In this document: positions 13,150-27,272 of the stretch, in pieces
Layout of the letters: every line of letters begins with the position of its first letter
How positions within the stretch are numbered: the first letter of the stretch is position 1
Assembly: GCA_951406725.2 (NCBI GenBank)
Contig: OX597838.1
Coordinates: forward strand, 9,858,001 to 9,922,000
DNA length: 64,000 nucleotides
Source of the DNA: Octopus vulgaris
Taxonomy: Eukaryota
Reading direction: 5' to 3'
Translations under genes and position numbers: made by a program
The notes under the pieces: generated by a model
What the model was told of the DNA's origin: nothing
The model's database searches: none
Seen by the model: only the letters and a program-made list of their open reading frames with translations

Positions 13150-13530
13150 TTTCTTTTACTTGTCCGGTCATTAGATACGGCCATATTGGGGGACAACCTT
13201 GAAAAATTTTAGTTGAACGAATCAACCCCAGGACTGATTTTTTTAAAAACTTGGTACTAATTCTATTGGTCTCTCTTGCTGAACTGCTAAGTTACGAGGT
13301 CGTAAACACGCACCAGTTGTCAAGCGGTGGTGGGGAACAAAAACAAAGACATACACACATAGATATGTATACATATACAACAGGCTTCTTTTAGTTTCCG
13401 TCTACCAGATCCACTCACAAGGCTTTGGTCGGCTTGAAGCTATAGTAGAAGATACTTGCTCAAGGTGCCACACAGTGAGACTGAACCCGGAACCATGTGG
13501 TTGGGAAGCAAGCTTCTTACTGCACAGCAA
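13150..13530 (-). mobile_element. SINE family A, diverged
   Basis: Colinear with family A. Confidence 0.85.
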
Positions 13531-14854
13531 TGAAATTTCTTACAAATACCATTCAGATGGTGTAGATTATGATTGTATCAGAATTTTAAATGGGGGTGGG
13601 GAAACTGATTTGTTACTCATTTGACTTTGTTTCCTCATGCATTTTGTGGATTTAGATTACAGTCAGGTTGGAAAAAACTACTTTTGAGGATTAGTCCACC
13701 CTTTCCCTTCTAGAATTTGCTTAATAGAGTGAAACTTTCCAGCGATACCAGCATAATTTGATCAAAGGTGAATTTGTTGGTATGGCTGTTTGATATACTA
13801 CAGGTCTGAAAAATTTCATTTTTTTTTAAATATTCATTTAACAAATAATTGAAAAGACAAAGAGGGAATATGTTATCTTGCAGTGTTAAAAACACGGTCT
13901 CATATTGAACTAAAATTGGTTTCCAATAATAAAAGTAAACTACAAACCATATTTTGATAAAAATATATTAAAATTAGAATTTTAAAGAATTTTTTAGATA
14001 GTGTAGACTTTGGTAATTCCTTTCAGTAAATGTTACATTATTCTACCTAATTAATAGGCAGTTTTCTCCTAGATACACATTATTGTACACTAACAACTAT
14101 TCTATACACTTTCAGCTATTATACACAAGCTCTTTTTTAAGTAGGTTATTTTTTTGTACTACTGTACAAATTTTATTTAAGCTGAAATTTGTTTCTTTGC
14201 ATTTTCTGTTTGGAAAGCTTGATGTCCACTATTGTTATTTTCTGTGGAAAATGTATTTGTAATATCTACAAACAACTATTTCACGAAAAACACCATATTT
14301 GACAATTATTCAGAATCTTTTTTCAAATCTAGTTGTTATCCAGTTGCTATGCAAGTGCTGTTTCATGTGAAATGTTTAAATGCTCTATCTTCCCTTTTGC
14401 TTGTTTCAGTCATCAGGCTGTGGCCATGCTGGAACACCATCTTGAAGAATTTTAGTCAAACAAATCAACCCCAGTCCTTATTTTTATGTTAAACCTGATA
14501 CTTATTCTATCAGTCTGTTTTTGCCAAACTGCTAAGTTACAGAGCCCATAATCACACCAACACACACACATGCACATGCACACAGGGACACCAATATTAG
14601 TTGTCGAGTGGGGAGGACAAAGACACACACACATACACACACACATACACACACACGAGGAGTGCTGAAAAGTTCCTGGCTTTGAGGGTATTATGAAATG
14701 CATGGTCGGAGGCCCAACATTCTGAGTTCAGCAATAAGTGTGTGAATCTGAGAGGAGAATATATTGCATAAAATCATGGTTAATTAACCCTCCTGTATTT
14801 TCTTTTACCCAAAGCCAGGAAGTTTTCAACACCCTCTTGTATATATATATATCA

Positions 14855-15182
14855 TATCTGAGATCCCCTTCAGTCATAACACTGACCATGGGATTGCACC
14901 TAGAAAGTTACCCTCCGAGGCACAAGTCCGGGCAAGTTTGTTTATGGAAGCCCAGCAGTCACCCATGCATACCGGCCTCCCCTCTCCATGCAACCAGTGT
15001 TATCCAAGGGAAAGGCAAAGTCCAATACAGCTTGGCACCTGTGATGTCGCAACTCATTTCTACAGCTGAGTGAACTGGAGCAACGTGAAATACAGTGTCT
15101 TGCTCAAGAACACAACATGCAGCCCGGTTCAAGATTTGAGCTCACAACCTCGCGATCATAAGCTCAACGCTCTAACCACTGA

Positions 15183-15188
<6 letters not shown>
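14855..15188 (-). mobile_element. tRNA/CORE-like SINE family F (second copy 43775-44090, +)
   Basis: Head TGGCTCAGTGGTTAG, CORE-like TCTTGAGCAAGACAC, shared tail GCCAAGCTGTAT..TTGCCTTTCCCTTGGATAACA. Confidence 0.8.
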
Positions 15189-15218
<30 letters not shown>

Positions 15219-15886
15219 TGACAGGTTTTTACACAGTTTCTGTCTACCAAATTCACTCACAAAGGCATTGGTCAACCCAGGACTATCTTAGGAGGCACTT
15301 GCCCAAGTGAGGCATAGTAAGACCAAATCTGAAAGTATGTCTTTGCTAAATGGGCTTCACAACCACTCAGCCATACCAGTGGAATTTTGATTTAAATTTT
15401 ATACTCAGTTTTTATTGATATTTTTTTTTCCATTCCAAAGTTCAAATTGATTAAACTTCAGATATTTTCAAGAAACGAAATTTGAGACATAATGTTGTAA
15501 TCTTAATTTTGAATACAGACTTGAATTTTTTTTTAAATTGCTACAAAATAAAGTGGAAACTCAGTAAATTCAGTTTTTTGAGAATTTGATTCAATTTTTT
15601 TTTTCTTTTTAATGAAATTTTCGTTCTTCAGTTTGGGATTTAATTTCAGATTTAGTTATATCATTTCATTGAATTCTGTCTTGTTTTGTTTTTGGTAAAT
15701 GAAAATTTCAAACTGAAAAATAAAATTGAAAAAGCAAAACCGAAATAAAAATTTTGAAATGGAATTATCTCCCTTGTAAAATAACACTGAAATGTCGTTT
15801 TACTTAGACAAGTAGTTGTGTATATACATTTGCACTACATACATGCATAGGAGCATTATATATGTGTGTGTGTGTGTGTGTATAGA

Positions 15887-16200
15887 TCATCATCATCATC
15901 ATCATCGTTTAACGTCCGTTCTCCATGCTAGCATGGGTTGGACGGTTCGACCGGGGATCTGGGAAGCCAGAAGGCTGCACCAGGCTCCAGTCTTATCTGG
16001 CAATGTTTCTACAGCTGGATGCCCTTCCTAACGCCAACCACTCCATGAGTGTAGTGGGTGCTTTTTACGTTCCACCTGCACAGGTGCCAGGCGAGGCTGG
16101 CAACGGCCACGGTCGGATTGGTGCATTTTACGTGCCACCGGCACGGAAGCCAGTCGAGGCGGTGCTGGCATCGGCCACGATTCGGATAGTGCCCACGATT
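15887..16200 (-). mobile_element. SINE family C (RTE-type) with (GAT)n tail
   Basis: GGTTGGCGTTAGGAAGGGCATCCAGC..GGACGTTAAACGATGATG. Other copies at 27084-27185, 45500-45860, 55620-55890, 56178-56290, 57445-57700 and 58064-58316; the 5' part carries subrepeats GGTGGCACGTAAAA. Confidence 0.85.
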
Positions 16201-16296
16201 CGGACACACACACATAATGTATACATCTATATATCAATATATATGTATGTATATTTGTATGAATGTGTGTGTGTATATATATGTGTGTGCGTAAAG

Positions 16297-16617
16297 GAGC
16301 ACTCCCTCTGTTATGATGATGAGAGTCCCAGCTGATCCGATCAACGGAACAGCTTGCTCAGGAAATTAACATCCAAGTGGCTGAGCACTCCACAGACACA
16401 TGTACCCTTAACGTAGCTCTCAGGGATATTCAACATGACATAGAATGTGACATGGCTGGCCCTTTGAAATACAAGTACTACTCATTTTTGCCAGCTGAGC
16501 AGACTTGAGCAATGGGAAATAAAGTGTCTTGCTCAAGGACACAACACGTCGCCGGGGACTGAACTCACAACCTTACAATTGTGAGCCGAATGCCCTAACC
16601 ACTAAGCCACGCACCTT
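16297..16617 (-). mobile_element. tRNA/CORE-like SINE family E
   Basis: Head TGGCTTAGTGGTTAGGGC..GAGTTCAGTCCC, CORE-like GTCCTTGAGCAAGACACTT; second copy at 21193-21834. Confidence 0.82.
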
Positions 16618-16912
16618 CAAATATGTGTGTGTGTGTGTGTGTGTGTACATGGGATCTTGCTGTTGAGGATATATATGTATAAATGCATATGTGTATATGT
16701 CTGTATATATATAGGATCTTGCTGATCAGATATGTATATATATATGTGTGTGTGCATGTGTATGTGCATGTGTGTGTGTGAGAGAGAGAGAGTATGCATA
16801 AATATGTGTGTACATATGATTCCCATTCTTGTGCATATGTGTGTGTATATGTATACACACAGGCATATATATATATAGTATATATATATATACATATATA
16901 TATTATATATAC

Positions 16913-17114
<202 letters not shown>

Positions 17115-17705
17115 GTATATACATATATGTATATATTGCTAAAACTTTCCAATTAAGCATAAAATATGGTCATAGGTTGAATTTAGAAGAATTACATTTT
17201 TTTTTTCTTTCTTTCTTTCTATTTGCCATTTTTATTTCAGTTCTAGAATTATTTCAAAATTGATGACATGATTGCAAAATTCTAAAAATTCTGCAATAGC
17301 TTGGAATTATAGCTAAGCTTGCAGTCCCTTGATACCTAAATAATAACGGTTGGCGGAAGAAAGGTTGTGGATATATCGGTGGTGGTGGTGGTGGTGGTGG
17401 TGGCGGTGGTGCTGGTGGTGGTGGCGGTGGTGCTGGTGTGAATAAAGATTAATGCAGAACTGGGGAGAAAATGAAGCAATGAAGGTAAATAGATAAAGCA
17501 AATGAAAGAAATCGTAAAAAGACGAAAAAAAGTGAGGAAAGGGAAAAGCAAAGAATGAAAGGAAGGGGGAGTGGGTTGGGGGGTGGGGGGGAAGCAAAGA
17601 CAGGATGAACGAAGGAAACTGAAAGAAAAAGAAAGAAAATAAAAGCAAAGTGAAAGATAGCTAGGAAGAAAAGAAAGAATAAAATTTAAAGCCAGGAGTA
17701 AAGAA

Positions 17706-17779
<74 letters not shown>

Positions 17780-17861
17780 CAGTTGTAGTGGTGGTGGTGG
17801 TGGTGGTGGTGGTGGTGGTGGTGGTGGTGGTGGTAGTGGTGGTGGTTGTAGTAGTGTTGGC

Positions 17862-17895
<34 letters not shown>

Positions 17896-17927
17896 AGAGG
17901 AGCAGCAGCATTAGTAACTGTTGATGT

Positions 17928-18120
17928 TGTTGTTTAACCCCAGGCCAGCCCTGATTGAGCAGACCTATGATCAAAGGCACTCCAACTGTGACTATACCAT
18001 CTGTTTTCCTATGTGCAAGGAATTTAGGACCATATTCAATGTGTTTGTTTTTTTTTGTTTTTAATACTGTTATTTGAGGGAAGTTTGGCTCCCATATCTA
18101 ACAGATTGCGTGACCTCAGA
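17928..18120 (+). mobile_element. Interspersed repeat family G (unclassified, SINE-like)
   Basis: GTTTAACCCCAGG..GACCTATGATCAAAGGCA..TTTGGCTGCTATTTCTAGCA recurs at ~6800-6965, 23935-24110, 39985-40170, 40305-40440, 41965-42175, 43070-43215 and 44345-44520. Confidence 0.7.
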
Positions 18121-18376
18121 AATGTCCTCCTTTTGGCTCATCTATTAGTAGCAGTATTAGTAGTAGTAGCCACAGCCTACGTTAGCTAGGCATACATACA
18201 CTCAGTTTGCTTTGGACCTCATCTGTGTGTGTATCACTTTGTTTTGATATCATGTAATAGTTGTGAATGATTGTCACTATCATACAAGCAATGGCATTCA
18301 TTTCCAATATTTTGTGGGAACATGTCTGGCCTTGGGAAATTTTTATTTTGCTTGGAAATAGATAGGGGTTGGTGAC

Positions 18377-18698
18377 TTTTACGGATTCCATGGACAGCAA
18401 GGCTCACCAATGGAGAAGTTCTTAAGCAGATCAGGCCGAAACTGTCGCTGGAGGTTAGGATCACCAAGCATAGATTGGCATATTTTGGTCATACTATGCG
18501 GAGAAAATCCCTGGAGAAGGACATCATGTCCGGAATGGTCAGTGGCAAGAGAGGAAGAGGCCGACCAAGAACCCGCTGGCTTGACACCATCAAGAGTGAT
18601 ACCGGAATGGACATAGCCAATCTGAAAGAAGCGGCCCAGGATAGAACTGACTGGAGGACACTGATCCAATGAGTGACCGAGAGTCGACTTCGACTGAG

Positions 18699-18747
<49 letters not shown>

Positions 18748-19173
18748 GGAATGGTCAGTGGCAAGAGAGAAAGAGGCCAACCAAGAACCTGCTGGCTTGA
18801 CACCATCAAGAGTGATACCGGAATGGACATATCCAATCTGAAAAAAGCGGCCCAGGATAGAACTGACTGGAGGACACTGATCCAATGAGTGACCGAGAGT
18901 CGACTTCGACTGAGCGGCTATATATATATATATATATACGGAATGGTCAGTGGCAAGAGAGAAAGAGGCCAACCAAGAACCTGCTGGTTTGACACCATCA
19001 AGAGTGATACCGGAATGGACATAGCCAATCTGAAAGAAGCGGCCCAGGATAGAACTGACTGGAAGACACTGAGCCAATCTGAAAGAAGCGGCCCAGGATA
19101 GAACCGACTGGAAGACACTGATCCATCGAGTAACCGAGAGTCGACTTCGACTGAGCGGATAGATAGATAGATA
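18377..19173 (+). mobile_element. RTE (BovB-like) LINE 3' fragment with triplicated 3' end, inserted into a family H SINE (18230-19280)
   Basis: Translation RIPWTARLTNGEVL..LAYFGHTMRRKSLEKDIMSGMVSGKRGRGRPRTRWLD..AAQDRTDWR matches the RTE ORF C-terminus; TSD GGTGAC at 18371-18376 and 19174-19179. Confidence 0.92.
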
Positions 19174-19512
19174 GGTGACAGAATGGGCATCCAGCTGTAG
19201 AAAAATCTGCTTCAGTAAATACCATCTGCCCCATGGAAACAGAAAAGTGGACATTAAAACAATGATGATGACAATGATGGCCTCACAAGGATGAACGGCA
19301 AAGTTGACCTTTGCAAAGTTGACCTGAGAAAATAAAGAGCTGTTACTAAAAATTCCAAATGAGTATCTGCATAGGTGTGACTGTGTGGTTGACAAGCTTG
19401 CTTCCCAACCATGTTGTTTTGGGTTCAGTCCCACTGTGTGACACAGCTTGGACAGGTATCTATCTATCTACCTGTCTGTCTGTCTCTTTGTCTATCACTC
19501 TCTCTGTCTCTG

Positions 19513-19543
<31 letters not shown>

Positions 19544-20561
19544 ATCCGTCTATCTCTCTATCTTTCTATTTTGGTCTGTTTTGGTCTTTCTATACTGGGT
19601 GTCTTTTACATGTCACCAGCATGAGTGCCCTATTACATGTTACTGGCACAAGTGCCTTTTACATGTCATCAGTACAGGTGCCCTTCTAAGTGTCACTGGC
19701 AAGACTGCCCTTTTATGTGTCCCTGGCATGAGTGTTCTTTTACATGTCACCAGCACAGGTGCCCCTTATGTGTGCATTTCACCTGCTACTGGTAAACAAG
19801 CATCATCACCATACAAGTGAGGTTGTTCATATCCATTCATATCCAGTCTCCTGTGGGAAACGTCTAGCTATGGCAAAATATTACCTTGTTGGAGAAACAG
19901 GTAAAGGTTGGTGACAGGAAGGGCATGCAACCTTAGAAAATCTACCTCAGTGAATTCCGTATGAGTCAAGCAAGCATGGAAAAGTGGACGGTAAATGTTG
20001 ATGATGTTGACGACGACGACGATGATGATGAGTTTGTCCAATATTCGAACAATTCGTCCAATCAACAGCTCTTTTCCTCTTCATAATAAAATCCCCGTTA
20101 ATGTAGGAGAATAATGTGCTCTGATGGAACTTCTCTTGCAGAGTTTTCTTAAATTGGACAAGATTAGGGGGAATAAGAGGTTGTCAAATGTAGTTGTTAA
20201 GTTGCGGAACATGAAAGCGATTCGTTCTTAGTCAAGTAGACTTAGAGTGCACTCGACATAAGAGAATGAATGTTAACAGTGAGGACAGAACTTGATAATG
20301 GTAATGCATAATAAAATTGAATGAAATGCAGTGTGTCTGATGAAGTTTGTTGTACAGTAATTAACGAGGTGGTTTGTGTTTGAAAAGTAGAAGTAGGCCA
20401 ACTGGAAATATTTCCAGATTTCAATCAATTTCCCATCTACTGAATAACACAGCATAGAAGAGGATACGCACATATATGTATATATATATATACACACACA
20501 CATACATACATACATACATACATATATAAATGTATGTATATGTGAGTCCATGTGTGATTGA

Positions 20562-20617
<56 letters not shown>

Positions 20618-20797
20618 TACACACAATATATATACCCACATACATACACACATACATATAGCTGTATATATTATACATATCAATATATTTAGTAATACAC
20701 ACATGTATACATAAATACATCTATCTATCTATCTATCTTTCTTTCTATCTATCTATCTGTATGTATTTATATATATATATATATATATATGTTACAC

Positions 20798-20857
<60 letters not shown>

Positions 20858-21306
20858 GAGACACGGGTGCAGGTGTAGCTGTATGGTTAAGAAGTTTGCT
20901 TCCCAGCCACATGGTTTTGGGTTCAGTTTCACTTCATGGCATCTTAAGCAAATGTTTTCTACTATAGCCCTGGGCCAACCAAAACCTTGTGAGTGGTTTT
21001 GGTTGACAAAAACTGAAAGAAGCTCGTGTGGGTGTGTGTGACCATCTTGCCTTTTCCCTGTGTACAAAGAAACAAAGAATGGAAAATTGCATCATCTCAG
21101 GTGTCCTTTATTAAGATAGTTGGATATGATTTACAAATTTGGCTGTTATTTTTAATAGGGCTGGTGATCACATTCAGCAACTAACAACTGGAACTCCACT
21201 GGTTATGATGACAAGGGTTCCAATCGATCCAATCAGTGGAACAGCCTAATCATGAAATTAACATGCAAGTGGTTGAGTATTCCACAGACACTTGTATCCT
21301 TAACGT

Positions 21307-21621
21307 TTTATTATTTATGTGCCCTTTTCAAGCCTAGCCAGGCTCATGGGCCCGGTTTCCCAGTTTCTGTGGCGTATGTGTTCCCCCCAGCTGGACGGGA
21401 TGCCAGTCCATTGCAGCGTTACTCAAGAAACAGGAATAAAGAGTGAGAGAAAGTTGGGGCGAAAGAGTACAACAGAGGTCACCACCAGCCCCTGCCGGAA
21501 CCTCGTGGAGCTTTTAGGTGTTTTTGCCCAATAAACACACACAACACCTGGCCTGGGAATCGAAACCGCGATCCTCCGACCACAAGTCCGCTGCCCTAAC
21601 CACTGGGCCATTGTGCCTCCA
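21307..21621 (-). mobile_element. tRNA-derived SINE family D nested inside a family E SINE
   Basis: Head GGAGGCACAATGGCCCAGTGGTTAGGGCAGCGGAC..GGTTTCGATTCCC; the flanks 21193-21306 and 21622-21834 join into one E copy. Confidence 0.85.
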
Positions 21622-21924
21622 CCCTTGACAGAATTTGTAGGAATATTCAATGTGATACAGAAAGTGATAAGGCTGACCCTTTGAAATACAGGTGCTACTC
21701 ATTTTGTCTACTAAGTGGACTGGAGCAATGTGAAACAAAGTGTCTTGCTCAAGAACACAATGCACCACTGGTAATTGAACCTGAGACTTTATGATCTTGA
21801 GCCAAATACCCTAACCACTAAGCTACGTGCCTTCAGTTGACTGCATAGACTTAACCCCTCACCGGTGTCATGTGATGGTGGTAGAGAGGTGGATATAGGG
21901 TTACTGCTGACACCCAGTTTAAAT

Positions 21925-22402
21925 AATGATGACGATGATGACAACTGATGATGATGATGATGATGATGATGATGACAATGATGATGATGATGATGACAAC
22001 GATGATGATGATGATGATGATGATAACAATGATGATGATGATGACAACGATGATGATGATGACAACGATGATGATGATGATGATGATGATGACAATGATG
22101 ATGATGATGATGATGATGACAACGATGATGATGATGATGACAACGATGATGATGATGACAACGATGATGATGATGATGATGATGATAACAATGATGATGA
22201 TGATGACAACGATGATGATGATGACAACGATGATGATGATGATGATGATGACAATGATGATGATGATGATGATGATGACAACGATGATGATGATGGTGAT
22301 GATGATGATGACAACGATGATGATGATGATGACAATGATGATGATGATGATGACAACGATGATGATGATGATGATGACAATGATGATGATGATGATGACA
22401 AC

Positions 22403-22434
<32 letters not shown>

Positions 22435-22512
22435 CAACGATGATGATGACAACGATGATAATGATGATGATGATGATGACAATGATGATGATGACAACGA
22501 TGATGATGATGA
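21925..22512. repeat. Compound (GAT)n-GAC-AAC trinucleotide minisatellite
   Basis: Direct inspection; start of a 21.9-25.5 kb low-complexity block of GAT/TTA/GGT triplets. Confidence 0.95.
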
Positions 22513-22945
22513 TATATATAGCAATGATAACTGTGTAATAGATAAAAGTGGTGATAACGATATTTATTATTTTACTGTTGGGGGTGGGGGAACGGTGGAT
22601 GGGGTTCGATGGAGAGTAAGTGGGGGTGGGGTGGGTGGGTAAGGGATAAATAATTTCAATAATTATTAAAAATGACGATGATGATGATCACGGCGGCTGT
22701 GGTAGTGGTGGTGGGTGGGGGTAGGGGTGGGGTTGAGCAACGATTATGATGAAAGTAACGATCGTGATCGTGACGAGGAACAGGAGGGTGGTGATGGTAT
22801 TGTTGTTGTTGTTGTTGTTGTTGTTGTAGCTCTTGTTGTTATGCTGTTGTCATTTTGTCATTGTTGTTATTGTAATTACTATTGTTATTGTTATTTATAT
22901 TATTGTTGTTGTTATTAATGTTATTACTATTATTATTATTAGTTA

Positions 22946-23002
<57 letters not shown>

Positions 23003-23070
23003 GTTATTATTGTTATTATTATTATTTTTATTATTATTATTTATTATTATTATTATTATTATCATTTTTA

Positions 23071-23117
<47 letters not shown>

Positions 23118-24357
23118 GTTATTAATATTTTTTGTTATTGTTATCATTGCAAATATTGTTATCAGTTTTTGTTATTATTAATATTATTGTTATTATTATT
23201 GTTAATATTGATATTATTAGTTATTATTGTGGTGGTGGTGGTGGTGATAACATTAACGATGGTATTGATTATAATACTAATAGTGAGACGATGGTAGTGG
23301 TGATAAGGAGAATATTGATATTGACTATAAATATTTATTGGTGGACGTGGTGGGGTTGGCAATGACAGTGATGATGGTAGTGATGGGGGGGGGGGTGATG
23401 GTGATAGAAGAGGAGGAGGTATTTATTTGTAGTGATGAGGAGGATGGTGGTGGTGGTGGTGGTGATGGAGGTTGTGATGGTGGGGAACAGTGGCGGTGAT
23501 AATGGTATTGTGCTGGTGATAAGGGGGGTATAGTAGTGGGTGGAGGTTGTATTGGTTGTAGTGATGATGGTGGTGGTGGTGGTGGTGGTGGTGGTTGCGG
23601 TAGAGGCTGTAATGGTGGTGTTATTGTTGGTGGTGGTTATAGTGGAGGCTGTAGTGGTGTTGTTGATGGTGGTGGTGGTGGTGGTGGTGGTGGTTGCGGT
23701 AGAGGCTGTGATGGTTGTGTTATTGTTAGTGGTGGTTATAGTGGAGGCTGTAGTGGTGTTGATGGTGGTGCTGGTGTTGGTGGTAGTTGTGGCAAAGGCT
23801 GTGATGGTGTTGGTGTTTGTGGTCGAGGCTGTAGCGGTGTTGATGTTGGTGGTGGTGGTAGTTGTGGTGGAAGTTGTGATGGTATTGGTGGTGATGTTGG
23901 TGGTTGCAGAGGTTGCTGGGGTTGTTGTTGTTGTTGTTTAACTCCTTAATTGAGAAGCCTTATAAGCATTTTTCCACCCATGACCATCCAATGGGTTTGT
24001 ATATTTATGACAATATAATCCAGTGCATCCTTCATTTTTTTCCCCCCACTTTCATTTTAATGGTTGTTTGATTTCTGGAAGATTTAGCTGCTCTTTCTAG
24101 CAAATGGAACAACAAGCGCATTGGCTGGAGTTGTTGTTGTTGTTGTTGTGGTGGTGGTGGTGGTGGTGGTGAGTGTTAGAATGGCAATCCTGAGCGACTG
24201 AAGTAAAAATAGTGTTGTGTAGCAGCAACAGCATTAACGATGGTAATTACTGTGAAATTGATGATGATGATCCTCATCATGATGTTGATAGTAATAATTA
24301 TTGAAATGGATGTGATTATGATGATGATGATGGTTGTGCAGATTGTGATGATGGTGA

Positions 24358-24391
<34 letters not shown>

Positions 24392-24471
24392 GGTGGTGGT
24401 TGTGGTTGTGGTGATGGTTGTGGTGATGATGATGATGATGATAGTGGTGGTTGTGGTGATGGTAGTTGTAG

Positions 24472-24502
<31 letters not shown>

Positions 24503-25543
24503 AGTGGTGGTTGTGGTAGTGGTGGTGGTGGTTGTGGTTGTGGTTGTGGTGATGGTTGTGGTGATGATGATGATGGTGGTGGTGGTGGTGGTGGTGGTGG
24601 TGGTGGTGGTGGTGATGGTTGTGGTGATGATGATGATGATGATGATGATGATAGTGGTGGTTATGGTGATGGTAGTTGTAGTGATGATGGTTGTGGTGGT
24701 GGTGGTGGTGGTAGTGGTGATGATGATGGTTGTGGTAATGATGATGACGATGGCTGTGGTGATGATGATGGTGGTTATGATGATGATTGTCGAGATGATG
24801 ATAAGGACGATGGGGTTGTGGTAACGATAGTTGTGATGATGATGATGGTGATGATGATGGTTATAGTTATAATGATGATGGTGGTTGTAGTGATGATGAT
24901 GATTGATGCTTGTGATGATGATGATGCTGCTGCTGATGATGATGATGGTGATGGTTATGATGATGATGATGATGGTGATGCTTATGATGATGAGGGTGGT
25001 GGTGATGGTGGTTTTTGTGGTGGAAATGGTTGTAGTGATGATGATGCTTGTGATGATAATGATGATGATGGTCATGGTGATGATAACAGGGTCGTGCTGA
25101 TGAGGATGATCTCATGACGACAATGGTTGTGGTGACAAAAGAATGCCACCAACAAAGTGCCATGATGGTGATGCCAGTGGTAGCAAGTAGTTGTTATTAA
25201 ATGGTGTTGTTGATAATGATGACTGTAATGATGGTGATGAAGACGATGATGATGATGATGATGATGATGGAGGAGGAGGTGTGATAGCTATGATCATCAT
25301 CATCATCATCATCATGGTAAAGATGATGAGAATGACAATAAATGATGGCGTTGATGATGTTGACATCGACAATGATGATGACAATGGTGGTGGTGGTGGT
25401 AGTAATGGTGGTGGTGGTGATGGTGTTGTGATGGTGGGAGTGGTGTTGTTGCTGCTGCTATTGGTAGCCACGATAACGATGACGATGATGACAACATTAC
25501 AATTTCTTACTCAGAAGTATATATATATAAAATATATATATAT

Positions 25544-25657
<114 letters not shown>

Positions 25658-25693
25658 ATGTATATATATGTATATATATATACATATATATAC

Positions 25694-25875
<182 letters not shown>

Positions 25876-26394
25876 CAGCAACTGCTAAAACTAACATTTC
25901 AGCTTTTCGGAATAAAAGAGTGACTGCACTCAGCTCACCCTAAAAACAAGTCTGTTGCTGCTTTCCAGTCCGAGTGGAGTGCGGCTCTTTACTCAACTCA
26001 CACGATCCTCATGCATCCTTATCCACGGTATGGGTATGGGGTACATAAGCTTTCCCTTTTCTTCAAGCCACCAACAAATTGAAAAAAAAAAAAGGGGGGA
26101 GAAAAAGGGGACATTACAGAAAGTAAATTGTGTATATGTGTGAATGTAAATGTGTGTGAATGTATGTGTGTTTGTACATGCGAGTTACAGGCTGTTTTGT
26201 GTGCTAAATATAGACACTTCTTGTATATAACCTGTGGCAGATATATATATACCCTGGATATTCTCAACTTAATCATGCTGGCTATCAGCTTGTCTGTCTG
26301 TCTGTCTTGTCGCTGTCTAACTGTGTCTGTCTGAATATCCATCTGTCTACAGCTTCCTATTAGGTTATTTCCATCTATCTGACTGTGATTTTTA

Positions 26395-26463
26395 TCTATC
26401 TATCAATCCATCCATCCATCCATCCATCCATCCATCCATCCATCTATCTATCTATCTACCTAC

Positions 26464-26557
<94 letters not shown>

Positions 26558-26558
26558 G

Positions 26559-26608
<50 letters not shown>

Positions 26609-26610
26609 AG

Positions 26611-26645
<35 letters not shown>

Positions 26646-26729
26646 CACTGTCTGTCTATCTATCTATCTATCTCACTGTCTGTCTATCCATCCATCCATC
26701 TATCTATCTATCTACCTACCTATCTATCA

Positions 26730-26816
<87 letters not shown>

Positions 26817-26817
26817 C

Positions 26818-26879
<62 letters not shown>

Positions 26880-26880
26880 T
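26395..26880. repeat. (CTAT)n tetranucleotide tract
   Basis: Direct inspection. Confidence 0.97.
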
Positions 26881-27003
26881 TATTTTATCTATTTATCTAT
26901 CTATTTATCTGTTTTTGTCTGTCTATCTGCTTGTCCATTAACCTATCTTTCTGTCTATAGGGAATTGTCTGTCTGTTTGTCCCCCAATCTATCTATCTAT
27001 TTA

Positions 27004-27047
<44 letters not shown>

Positions 27048-27272
27048 TTTGTTTGTCTGATGATATATATATATATATATATATCAGACTGGAGCTTGGT
27101 GCAGCCTCCTGGCTTCCCAGACCCCGGTTGAACCATCCAACCCGTGCTAGCACGGAAAGCGGATGTTAAATGATGATGATGATGATATATATTCTTATAT
27201 GCATATATACAAAGTAGCCTAAATAACCCAAAAGAATATGCACATATAAACATACACACACTCACACACATA

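Noticed and set aside
18379-19434. Longest ORF (351 aa, minus)
   Set aside because: Antisense to tandem RTE ends and SINE sequence; not a gene.
21926-22642. 238-aa poly-Asp/Asn ORF resembling an acidic biomineralisation protein
   Set aside because: Pure (GAT)n-GAC-AAC repeat, open in several frames, no signal peptide or unique sequence.
23536-23949. Gly/Cys-rich ORF resembling a structural protein
   Set aside because: GGT/TGT low-complexity tract with a local duplication, a GTG start, and no splice or signal evidence.
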